DNA from: Candidatus Lokiarchaeum ossiferum | GTDB taxonomy: Archaea > Asgardarchaeota > Lokiarchaeia > Sigyniarchaeales > Promethearchaeaceae | NCBI GenBank assembly: GCA_025839675.1 | Contig: CP104013.1 | Location: forward strand, 1,290,001-1,322,000 | Length of the DNA: 32,000 bases | Direction: 5' to 3' | Shown here: piece by piece, positions 1-8,947 of the stretch | How positions within the stretch are numbered: position 1 is the stretch's first letter | How the letters are laid out: every line of letters starts with the position of its first letter | Notes under the pieces: generated by a model | What the model saw: only the letters and a program-made list of their open reading frames with translations | Told to the model about the DNA's origin: nothing | Databases searched by the model: none | Translations under genes and position numbers: made by a program

Positions 1-739
1 TGATATTATTCAAATTTAAATAATCGCTTAGTATTTCCCGAATTCTCATTACATGAGATTTCCAGGCCCAATACGGAACTTGCATTATTTTATTTGAATC
101 ATGACTTATATCGAAGTATAAGCCATCATTTTGGGCGATTAAATCGCTTTCAAATAGTCGTAGTATTTTGTGGTAGATTGGTAGATATTCTTTTCTCTTT
201 GGAATTTGAATAGAAAAAGATTTTCGAATGATTGCTAATGATTTGTGAGCATCATCCATAACAATAGCACCAATTTCCATTATTTCCTTTCTGGGATTAT
301 TTTTTATGCCAAATAAGGACATTCCATTAAATAACTTATCAACAGATGTGATTAAAATTGATTTACTATTTATAAAATCCATTGGCAAAGGTTGTCCCTG
401 AACTGCTTTGACTACAGAAATACCAAAATCTTGAGCTTGATCAAAAATTTGATCCACCAAATATTTATTTGGACATAGAAATAAACCGGGTTTATTCAGT
501 TCATTCATTTTTGATTGAATAATTAATAAACCAACAAGTGTTTTACCATGACCAGTATGCAATTTTACAATAACATCATGATTTGACCGATTTTTTAAAT
601 TCCACTCTTTTAATATTTCTCTCTGAGAATCTCTAATATATTCTTTTCCTTGAAAAGTATCTAAATTATTAAAAATTTGAATTGGATCTAAAGTTTTCTC
701 AACTTTATTCTCTTTCAACATTTTTGTAAAATCAACCAT
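1..739 (-). CDS. SF2 (DEAD/DEAH-like) helicase, N-terminal part; the C-terminus lies beyond the window edge
   Basis: Hand translation of the minus strand from ATG (739..737) is open to position 1: MVDFTKMLKENKVEKTLDPIQIF...VIVKLHTGHGKTLVGLLIIQ...GLFLCPNKYLVDQ...IGAIVMDDAHKS. It shows Walker A/motif I (TGHGKT), a motif Ia-like LCPNKYLVDQ and motif II as the DEAH variant DDAH. It is absent from the ORF track, presumably because it runs off the edge. Confidence 0.8.
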   Translation of the reverse strand, partial: MVDFTKMLKENKVEKTLDPIQIFNNLDTFQGKEYIRDSQREILKEWNLKNRSNHDVIVKLHTGHGKTLVGLLIIQSKMNELNKPGLFLCPNKYLVDQIFDQAQDFGISVVKAVQGQPLPMDFINSKSILITSVDKLFNGMSLFGIKNNPRKEIMEIGAIVMDDAHKSLAIIRKSFSIQIPKRKEYLPIYHKILRLFESDLIAQNDGLYFDISHDSNKIMQVPYWAWKSHVMRIREILSDYLNLNNI

Positions 740-1830
740 AAAATGAACTATTTATACTATTTCTTAAACTTATTGAAAATCAGCAATTATTAAGATATTG
801 TCATATTTTTTCTATTTTTGGTAATAATATCTTAGTTTTTTCTCAGCAGGATATCCCACCATTTCACAATTAAAAAGAAACGCGACGATTGAATAGATTT
901 AAATTTTGCGTAATTATTATTAATTTTTAAATTATTTACATATTTCAATTCCCCATCGTTAAAGAGTTTGAAGTCTTGACCCACCAGAGAACCTCACTGT
1001 GAAAATGACATGACCATTGTACAATCCTGTCTCACTGGGTTGAATCCACAGTTAGCGGTAATCCAATCTACATGTTTGAGTATATTTAACATCCACGATT
1101 CTCTTTTCACTGTACATAATATCATGTCAATGTGTCTTTGTGGTTAAAAATCTTTAATTTACTCGGATTTGCAGGAAACCATGAAAAGACTTCGATAATG
1201 TTGTCTTCGCCAACATTTTCCTATCTTTTGGATACTGAAAGTGAAAAAAACCTGTTCATGGTGTTTAGTGAACTGACTTAATCTCTAAAGTATATTTAAA
1301 AAAAAAAAAATAAGATATTTGGGAAGAAAAAAGGATTGCAATACTTTCCCTACAATAAATATAATGGACAAGTCACAATTGATTCATTTAACGCTAATTT
1401 GGTTTTTTGCATTTTATTCATCTTCAATATCCCATTCTTGCAATTGAAATCCAAATTTTGCTGTGATCTCTGGATTTTGAGTTAAGAAATAAGCATATTC
1501 ATCCCCAACACCGTCATCATTTAATTTTATTCCATGTTCCTTCCATTCTCTAAAAATTAAAGTGAATTGATGAAATCGTTCAATAAATCATCGATAGTGT
1601 TGCAATCACTCGTCGCCATTTGCCTCTAAATATCGAGTAAAATTTTTCCTTAGTCATAAATAACTTATTGCAAGGATTTTAATAAAAAAACAATGAAGTA
1701 ATTTATCAATTAGATTGTATTTTTTTTGACCTTCATCATATTTATTGAATGGGATAAAACTTTTCCATACAATTCCAGAATCAAATTTGCTATTTTTGAA
1801 ATCATAATATAGAAGAAAAAGAAGGGTTAG

Positions 1831-1964
1831 TGCCTTCGGTCGGATTTGAACCAACGATGCCTGGATCTCAATAGATTGGGCGAGATGCCCAATTTTCTTC
1901 AGTCCAGTGCCTTCCCGAGCTTAGCCAAAAATATCGAATTGATATTTTTTTAGGCCACGAAGGC
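1831..1964 (-). tRNA. tRNA-Phe (anticodon GAA) with two introns: about 29 nt in the D-arm and 30 nt at the canonical 37/38 site
   Basis: Minus-strand exons fold as acceptor GCCUUCG/CGAAGGC, U8 G9, D-stem GCCU/AGGC, D-loop AAGCUCGGGA (A14, G18G19, A21), A26 and anticodon stem CUGGA/UCCAG. The anticodon loop is CUGAAGA, the variable loop GCAUC, the T-arm GUUGG-UUCAAAU-CCGAC and the discriminator A73. The mature length is 75 nt and no CCA is encoded. Intervening segment 1 is AAAAAAAUAUCAAUUCGAUAUUUUUGGCU, with a 9-bp internal hairpin. Intervening segment 2 is AAAAUUGGGCAUCUCGCCCAAUCUAUUGAG, with a 6-bp internal hairpin. Confidence 0.85.
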
Positions 1965-1986
1965 ACGTTTTCACCCAGATCTACTC

Positions 1987-1994
1987 AATAAAGA
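1987..1994 (-). promoter_or_regulatory. Possible archaeal TATA-like box for the tRNA gene
   Basis: The minus strand reads CTTTATTG about 23-30 nt upstream of the tRNA 5' end at 1964, which is the usual archaeal TATA distance. AT-rich context makes chance matches common. Confidence 0.3.
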
Positions 1995-2274
1995 ATATGA
2001 GCAAGAAGCTTCATATCCTTTTCTTATGAGTATCTCTTGAGATATTCAATATTTCATCTTATTAAAAATTTTGTGTGGGGAGTGTTACAATCATTTTCTC
2101 TACATGAAGTGTTTATAAAACATGGCTCTTGGACAAAACAGTATTCACGATTAATTATTAATATAAAAGGGATTTTTCCCACTTTAGCATGTACCCAACA
2201 CATTATCGAAGTTCATGCAATTATCTTGATTATTCTGAACAATAGATAATAAAAAAGTGCTGTTTTCTGATTCA

Positions 2275-3924
2275 CTAAAATTGATTTCTTTTAAGAACTC
2301 CTTTTAGAAAATCCAACATTTCCAACAATTGTCGAAACTTTCCAATTTTCTCCACATATTGCTTTTTTCCTTCAGAGGATCTTAAAATCGATAATAATAT
2401 CCCAGTAGTCTTTTCTGGAGCAAAATACGTTGCATTATCGAATTTTATACGGATTTTTGTTCCCTTTGCTAAATAGTATCGATAAAAATTAAGATACTCA
2501 TACCGGAAATCCTTGCGAAAATCTTCATCAGCGATTATTTCATCATTTTCAGCGATCATACTCATATTTTGCCAAAGATATTCTAAGAAATCAAGAAAAT
2601 CACCATAATATTCCTTTTTTTTATCGAAATAACTAATATTGAGTAAAAATTTCAATGTAATTTTTCCATGGTCTACTATAGAACTATTTTTTTCAATTTC
2701 AATTAGTAAAAACTTCAGAATATCAAAAAGGATTTCGTGGATTAATGCTAAATTATAAGTTTGGTCCAAATTAGGAATTGAAGGAAGAATTTGTTTAAAT
2801 TTCTGATATTTTTCAGGGAGAAACATTGAAGGTTTATTCGAGTATAAAAATTTTGCAAATTTTTTGAAATCTGACAAGGCACTATAATTGATCATAGCAA
2901 ATGTTTTTTTTCCTATTTCGGATGATATAGCCCCAGAAGTTTTCTTTGAATCTCTCGGTGGTTGATAAATATTTTTCTGTGACATTTTAAGAAATCCGTG
3001 TAGTAACCGCTCAATAGTAGATAGGAGAAATTTTGTTCCACTGAATCCAAAACTTTGCTTCTCAGAATTACCTATGATTGTTCCATCCCCATCAAAAGAT
3101 CCTCGAATATAATCAGGTATTAAATGAGTGGGAACAGTATCTTCTGCCGCAATATCTGAATCCCAAGCATCTTTCAAAATTGTAATTGATTTGGAATAAT
3201 TTTTAATCTGTTTTTCAAATTCCATTTTTTCTCTTGGAGATGGATTGAAGAGAGATTTTAAAGTATCGTCTGATAGAGGGAAGTTCAAATCCCTTGAAAA
3301 AACGGCATATTTCTGTTCTCCAATATCAAATTCAGTCGCGGGAAATTTCAATGCATGTGATTTTAAGCGACCGGGAATCATTCCCTTGTTAATTAAATCA
3401 TAATAAATGGACTTCTTAAGAATACTCAAGCTCAAATTATATGTTCCGTGTACTTTATTCCAATGAAAATAGATTTTATGATTGCTTCCCATCAAAGCAC
3501 GAATTTTATAGAGCCAATGAATATCTGAGAAAGAACTAGTGATCTCTAATTGATAATTTCGCTTATTTACTTCAGTTCGAAGGGATCCATCTGCTCCGAT
3601 GACACCCAAAATATACGCTTTTTCAGGAGTATCAATTACTGCAAAGAAACTTTCATCAATTGAATATTTTCTCCCTCCAGTATAAGTTGGTGGCAGAAAA
3701 ATCGAATACTTAGAACGATTATTGAATAAAGTTTCCCATTTCTCCCCTTTTTTGATTTTCACAATTTTCTTATAAAATGCATTACCAGAAAATATAATCA
3801 CGGCACATCCAATTCCTTTTTGTATAATTTTATTCATTTGAGATTCACGATTTATTAAATTTTTTGTCAGATTTCCCCTATTGCACAAAATTTGAATTGA
3901 ACTCAGTGATATATTATAAATCAA
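2275..3924 (-). CDS. Free-standing double-motif LAGLIDADG-family endonuclease-like protein with a long helical C-terminal extension
   Basis: Two LAGLIDADG-type motifs are present: AYILGVIGADGSL and DYIRGSFDGDGTI. They are separated by about 170 residues, longer than in typical single-chain two-domain enzymes. About 250 further residues have no motif I recognise. The track start is TTG at 3924. An internal ATG (MNKIIQKG) at 3837 is an alternative start. Confidence 0.7.
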   Translation of the reverse strand: MIYNISLSSIQILCNRGNLTKNLINRESQMNKIIQKGIGCAVIIFSGNAFYKKIVKIKKGEKWETLFNNRSKYSIFLPPTYTGGRKYSIDESFFAVIDTPEKAYILGVIGADGSLRTEVNKRNYQLEITSSFSDIHWLYKIRALMGSNHKIYFHWNKVHGTYNLSLSILKKSIYYDLINKGMIPGRLKSHALKFPATEFDIGEQKYAVFSRDLNFPLSDDTLKSLFNPSPREKMEFEKQIKNYSKSITILKDAWDSDIAAEDTVPTHLIPDYIRGSFDGDGTIIGNSEKQSFGFSGTKFLLSTIERLLHGFLKMSQKNIYQPPRDSKKTSGAISSEIGKKTFAMINYSALSDFKKFAKFLYSNKPSMFLPEKYQKFKQILPSIPNLDQTYNLALIHEILFDILKFLLIEIEKNSSIVDHGKITLKFLLNISYFDKKKEYYGDFLDFLEYLWQNMSMIAENDEIIADEDFRKDFRYEYLNFYRYYLAKGTKIRIKFDNATYFAPEKTTGILLSILRSSEGKKQYVEKIGKFRQLLEMLDFLKGVLKRNQF

Positions 3925-4759
3925 ATTGAAATATTACTTATTCAATTTTACCCACCCAAATCACATTTAGATGATTATAATCACATATAATGAAAATATA
4001 TTTCCATAGTTAGTTAATTTTTCAAATATTATCAACTGAATTTTATTTCATACTTTTTTCGCAAGTATAATCTGATATACCCAAATAACCATAGACATCC
4101 CACCTATAAAAAGCTATTTGATCATATTTAAGAATTATTTCCACTCATTCATATCCTATATTTTACTATTCATTCACTTTCAACCCTTAATATCACTAAA
4201 ATACCCCTTCAATATTTTTACCTTAAGAAGTGTTTTGAATTTTGAATAAAAACTCATTTAGTTTAAGGTCATTTTGCCTAACACAAGTCTAATCTGGAAA
4301 ATTTTAGCTCTTAAATTGTAAAAATATATAATAAATTTTAACGCATTTTTGAATTGTGCTGTAATATTTACAATTAGGCCTAACGAAAGCATTGCATTAG
4401 GAGTCTTTTGATAGAAATTAATTTATCAACATTATCCCACCCGAACGATTGATCATAGGTTTCCATCAAGACTGATTTTCACCTTTAAATACTCAAACTT
4501 TAAAAACGACCAAAATCATCCAAAAATCATTTTAATCATATTTGATAAGCGATATACATGTTCTTTGAAGTTTGAATTCTCTAACTTTAAGTTCAATAGA
4601 CATGTCTTCTAAAGAGTGTAATTTAAAGAAAAAAAAACTAAACCATGAGATTGATAAACTCAAAAATTATGATTTTTAATTGGGTGCTCTCTTTTTTCTG
4701 TTCAGTTTTTTTTTATTTCTCATTTATGTTTATAATTCTTGTATCAATTAGATGAGTGT

Positions 4760-4795
4760 TTGAATCAAGATTTCTTGAATCAATATTTGATTCAA
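4760..4795. promoter_or_regulatory. Three copies of the 9-mer TTGAATCAA (two direct, one inverted) upstream of the recombinase gene; candidate recombinase or regulator binding site
   Basis: TTGAATCAA occurs at 4760-4768 and 4775-4783. Its reverse complement TTGATTCAA occurs at 4787-4795. The last two form a perfect 9-3-9 palindrome, 41 nt upstream of the ATG at 4836. Confidence 0.35.
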
Positions 4796-4835
4796 ATACT
4801 TTGGTATTTGGAACAAATTTTCGAGTGATTGGAAA

Positions 4836-5258
4836 ATGAAAGTTTTTGCATATTACAGGATAAGCCCTAATCCGAGAAAAAATACTCCAGAGAATAATCA
4901 GATTAATGAGATTGAAAGTTATTCCTTACAAAAGAACATCGAAATTGTTAAGGAATATAAAGATTTACTTGTTTCTGGTAAAATTATTAATCAAAAGGGG
5001 TTTAATGAAATGCTAAGCAATTTATCAAAAGTAGATGGAAATATCATTTATGATGTATCTCGCTTTGGTAGAAATGCTAAAGAAGCGATTCCGTTATTTA
5101 TCAATATTCTTAGCATGAAGAAGGCTATTAAATTTGTCAAAGATAATAAAACTCTTGATTATTCAGATAGTTCAGATATGTCAATTTGGGAAATGTTAGT
5201 TCCAATAATTGAGCTATTTCAAGCAGAAGAATACATCAAAAATCTTCATATTATGTAA
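4836..5258 (+). CDS. Serine recombinase (resolvase/invertase family), catalytic domain only, apparently C-terminally truncated
   Basis: The protein shows KVFAYYRIS (catalytic Ser motif YxRxS) and IIYDVSRFGRN (the conserved D-x-SR-x-x-R motif). It ends within the E-helix region (ELFQAEEYIKNLHIM). At 140 aa it has no HTH DNA-binding domain. Confidence 0.7.
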   Translation: MKVFAYYRISPNPRKNTPENNQINEIESYSLQKNIEIVKEYKDLLVSGKIINQKGFNEMLSNLSKVDGNIIYDVSRFGRNAKEAIPLFINILSMKKAIKFVKDNKTLDYSDSSDMSIWEMLVPIIELFQAEEYIKNLHIM

Positions 5259-5305
5259 AATTGGCATCCCTTCCCTCCATCAAAATCACCATTGAATTAA
5301 ATAAA

Positions 5306-8300
5306 TTAAGCAATATCCCACATTTTCCTTGATATTTTAACATCTTCATCGACCGAATTCTTTAAATCTTTTAGCCAACTAATAATTTCTTTATTTGTTG
5401 CTTCTTGTATCCAATTTTCTATTTGGTTATATTCTCTAGAATATCCAGATTTAATATCCATACCAGAATATGAGCGGACAGTGGATAAAAAACTTCTAAA
5501 TATGTTATAGTTAAAATCAGTATTATCCTTGAATTTCAAAATTAATCTTTGATATACTGGATTAAATAATTGCTCAGATGATGATTTTTGCAATAACCTT
5601 CCTATTAGTTTCCCTAAAGATTTTGGATTAATTCTATATAATTTCACCAATTGTTCAAAATTAAATTTATTTAAAATATCTATATCTCCAGATATTTCAA
5701 ATTTTATTAGGACACTATGAAGTTTTGTATATTCTTCCAGCATTGATTCTTGAAACATCAGAGTTAATATATTATAGATTTCATCCTTAAATTCCCCCAT
5801 TGCTGATGTTAGAAATCCAGTAGATTCATACTCTGAAATTGAAAAACCCGTAATTAACCAAGGATTAAATAAATCAGGTTCTTTTTTCCCACATTCAATT
5901 AGAAAAGGAAAAGAATAGGTTTTTTTGAGAATATGTTCAGAAAATTTATGAAATTCCTTTAAAAAGGTTTGGGAAAAAAGATTATTTAATATATCTGGAT
6001 ATTTCTTGTATACTTCCTCAATTCTTATTAAATATATATTAAGGTCGTCATCTTCTGAGTACTTTCTCATTTTTGAAAAGTTAAATTCTTGAGAGCTTAG
6101 CTTCTTAATACTATTAACTAGAAAATTTCGAATTTCCCCTATTGGTATTTCAAAATTGAAATCTTTTATGACAATTAGAGTTAAACAAGGTTCTATATCA
6201 ATCTTTTGTGTATTAATCATTAGTTTAAATTTATTCCAAAGATTTAACGAAAAAATCTGAGGGATAAACAGAAATTTTTCCCTATAACTAACCAATTTTG
6301 GATTATCCCACAAATCTTCAAAAACTGAATCAAATATTTCCTTGTTTTTCACTTGAAGCGAGTATAAGAGACTTATTAGAAAATCTGAAGTATTTGCCAC
6401 ATTATCTACTTTTTCTATTAAATTGGTAAGAAATGAGATTTGTTGGACTAATTCATGTGGATCATATTTTTTTGCAAAAAACTCTCCGAATTCTCGGCTA
6501 CCCTTAAAATTTTCTTCTAATATTAATCTATAAATCTGATCCCTATTGATTTTTTCAAGCTCTAATAGTTTTGAATGGACATTTTCATATATTTTAAATA
6601 ATTCTGCCTTTCTAGTATCCCTGTCCCTATATTTATGAAATAAATCCATTGAATAAAGATCATAATCGAAATATTTCCTAAAATAATCTTCTGTGGAGAG
6701 ATTTTCTTCTAATTGCTCATCAAAAGTTAAAATTTCTTGAAGAGTGGTTTGATCATAACCATTTCTCCAAGAATCATATGCTTTTAAATTTCTAATGTGA
6801 TCCCTAAAAATATCTCTATATTTAGATTCATTACTGAATTCCCTACTTAGAAATTCAGATATTGAATGCCAAGGTATATATTTTGTCCAAAAAATTAAAT
6901 TACTGATTAAATATCTAAAAATTTCTTCTTTATAAGTCATATTACTAATCTCTTTATAAAACTGCATAAGATAGAAGAAATTCTTCTTTCGATAATCCTC
7001 TAAATTTTCAATTTCGGGATCGATTCTTGTATGATTAAATCTAATTGAAAAATTATCCATTCTTGAAAATGTATGCCATTGAAGTTCCATAAATGTTTTT
7101 AATGCAAGAATTTTCAATTTTATAAATGCATTTTGATATTTCTCAGGCCAACTTTGAGTATTCTTGAGATTTTTAATATAATTCCATCTTGTTTCTAACC
7201 TAACGTCTCCAATTAAACAGTGGCAATTCTCTGTAAATTGATCTAACCCAATTCTTGCTGAATATCCATAGGAATGTTCTTCATATTTTTTTATATTTAC
7301 CAGATATATCATGCTAAATTTTTTTAAGATTTCCATTGATTTCTCAAAAAAAATTTCATACTTTGCAACTTTTGATAAAAACCATAGAATAGGTTCTTCT
7401 GGACTTCTAGGTTCGTATATATTGCTTTGAAATGGAAAAAGTTCATTTAAATCATCTAATGATATTCTTTGGAACCAATCGTCAAGAATCTCCATTGATT
7501 CTCCTTTAAAGACGTATGATAATTGTGAAAAAATTTCACTTTTCGTTTTATCTCTCAAAATTAAGATGTTTTGAAAAGGGCCATTTTCATCATAAAATAG
7601 ATGACTGATTATTCCAGAATACGACTGATTTAACATACTCGTATTGCATATTTTTGACATAAACTCTTTTAAGTAAAAATCACTGGGTTGTTCATTCAAA
7701 TAATTAAAGATATTTGAAAAAAAATCATAATCTTCTTTGATTTCATTAATTGTATCAATTAAAATACTATTGGAACATATAGTGTAAAAATTTCCAAATT
7801 TACTTAAGATATTAGTTGTATTTTTAATTAGAATATCGAAATAATTTTGGATCTCTTCATCAGATAATGTCTTATTTATTAAATCTTTAACTATCGGTCC
7901 TATATTTTCAAATTTTTCATTTTCATTGAAATAAAATTTAGAAAACAATGAAAACAACATAATAATTTTTTTTAATTCTCCCGATTTGGTTGAAGGAAAA
8001 TATTGTTCTATGTATTTTAACCTAAATGGTGTAGTGAAACTAAGGAAACTTATAATTTCTTGAATAATCCTATTTAAAACGGAATCAATGTAATAATAGG
8101 ATTCTTCATCTTTTACTTCATATTCATAAAAAGTAATATCGACTAATTTTGTTATATTTTCTTCTTCTTTTTCATTTTTTTTTGATGATTTTAACGGAGG
8201 TTTTAATCCAATTACAATAATATCTAGCATCTTTATGAGTCCTAATAAGTAAGTTAACCAAGGATCCATTGCATCATCTAAAATTAGAACGATGTCTGAT

Positions 8301-8947
8301 TTTCGAAAAATTGTTCTTAAAAATATAGGTTTAATATTCATTCTACTATTGATTGAATAAAACTTGAATCCATTTTGTTTCGCAAAATGTCTTAAATACT
8401 TCTCAGTTTCTTGAAAATGTATTTTTTCTTGTTCTTTCTCCAAGGATTCTTGTTTTTCATCAATTTTTATGTTATTAATTACATATAATCGAGATTTTAA
8501 GGAATTTTCGTCATTCAAAAGTAAATTTAGAGCTAAAGTAGTCCTAATATGCTGTTTCTGAGTTAAACTTATATTTTCATCAATCTCTAACTCGCATCGA
8601 CCCTGATCAAAATCCAGTGGTCTATAATTTAGTGTGACATGTTCTATTTCCATTATTTTTTTTTTTGATATAAATGCTATCTTATATTGGGCATTATTTT
8701 TTCTCTCCAATATGGTATTTGGAGTATCAAATTTATCCCAATAAAATATCTCGATTCCATTTAGGAAGTTAAATGCTTCTGAGATAATAATTCGGTCGTC
8801 AAAGGCATTGATAAAATTATTGTGGATGGGATAGAATAAGATGTCATTTTCTTCAATCTTATCCTTCAGAAATGTTGATTTATTTTTATTTTCGTCTTGA
8901 AATTCTTTAATTAATTCGATTAAAATTTCTTTGTTCTTTTCATTCAT
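5306..8947 (-). CDS. Large (1213 aa) protein of unknown function, predicted mostly helical, translationally coupled to the upstream phosphoesterase
   Basis: This is a long uninterrupted ORF in 20-25% GC DNA. Its ATG (8947..8945) overlaps the stop of the upstream gene in ATGAATGA. I found no Walker A (GxxxxGK[ST]) and no other catalytic motif by eye. Confidence 0.85.
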   Translation of the reverse strand: MNEKNKEILIELIKEFQDENKNKSTFLKDKIEENDILFYPIHNNFINAFDDRIIISEAFNFLNGIEIFYWDKFDTPNTILERKNNAQYKIAFISKKKIMEIEHVTLNYRPLDFDQGRCELEIDENISLTQKQHIRTTLALNLLLNDENSLKSRLYVINNIKIDEKQESLEKEQEKIHFQETEKYLRHFAKQNGFKFYSINSRMNIKPIFLRTIFRKSDIVLILDDAMDPWLTYLLGLIKMLDIIVIGLKPPLKSSKKNEKEEENITKLVDITFYEYEVKDEESYYYIDSVLNRIIQEIISFLSFTTPFRLKYIEQYFPSTKSGELKKIIMLFSLFSKFYFNENEKFENIGPIVKDLINKTLSDEEIQNYFDILIKNTTNILSKFGNFYTICSNSILIDTINEIKEDYDFFSNIFNYLNEQPSDFYLKEFMSKICNTSMLNQSYSGIISHLFYDENGPFQNILILRDKTKSEIFSQLSYVFKGESMEILDDWFQRISLDDLNELFPFQSNIYEPRSPEEPILWFLSKVAKYEIFFEKSMEILKKFSMIYLVNIKKYEEHSYGYSARIGLDQFTENCHCLIGDVRLETRWNYIKNLKNTQSWPEKYQNAFIKLKILALKTFMELQWHTFSRMDNFSIRFNHTRIDPEIENLEDYRKKNFFYLMQFYKEISNMTYKEEIFRYLISNLIFWTKYIPWHSISEFLSREFSNESKYRDIFRDHIRNLKAYDSWRNGYDQTTLQEILTFDEQLEENLSTEDYFRKYFDYDLYSMDLFHKYRDRDTRKAELFKIYENVHSKLLELEKINRDQIYRLILEENFKGSREFGEFFAKKYDPHELVQQISFLTNLIEKVDNVANTSDFLISLLYSLQVKNKEIFDSVFEDLWDNPKLVSYREKFLFIPQIFSLNLWNKFKLMINTQKIDIEPCLTLIVIKDFNFEIPIGEIRNFLVNSIKKLSSQEFNFSKMRKYSEDDDLNIYLIRIEEVYKKYPDILNNLFSQTFLKEFHKFSEHILKKTYSFPFLIECGKKEPDLFNPWLITGFSISEYESTGFLTSAMGEFKDEIYNILTLMFQESMLEEYTKLHSVLIKFEISGDIDILNKFNFEQLVKLYRINPKSLGKLIGRLLQKSSSEQLFNPVYQRLILKFKDNTDFNYNIFRSFLSTVRSYSGMDIKSGYSREYNQIENWIQEATNKEIISWLKDLKNSVDEDVKISRKMWDIA

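Noticed and set aside
1654-1854. 66-aa minus-strand ORF from the track
   Set aside because: It overlaps the 3' part of the tRNA gene (1831-1964), is a low-complexity Lys/Phe/Leu-rich sequence and has no motif. It is most likely spurious.
2037-2249. 70-aa plus-strand ORF between the tRNA and the LAGLIDADG gene
   Set aside because: It has no recognisable motif and no SD or TATA context that I could support. An ORF of this length is common by chance in this composition.
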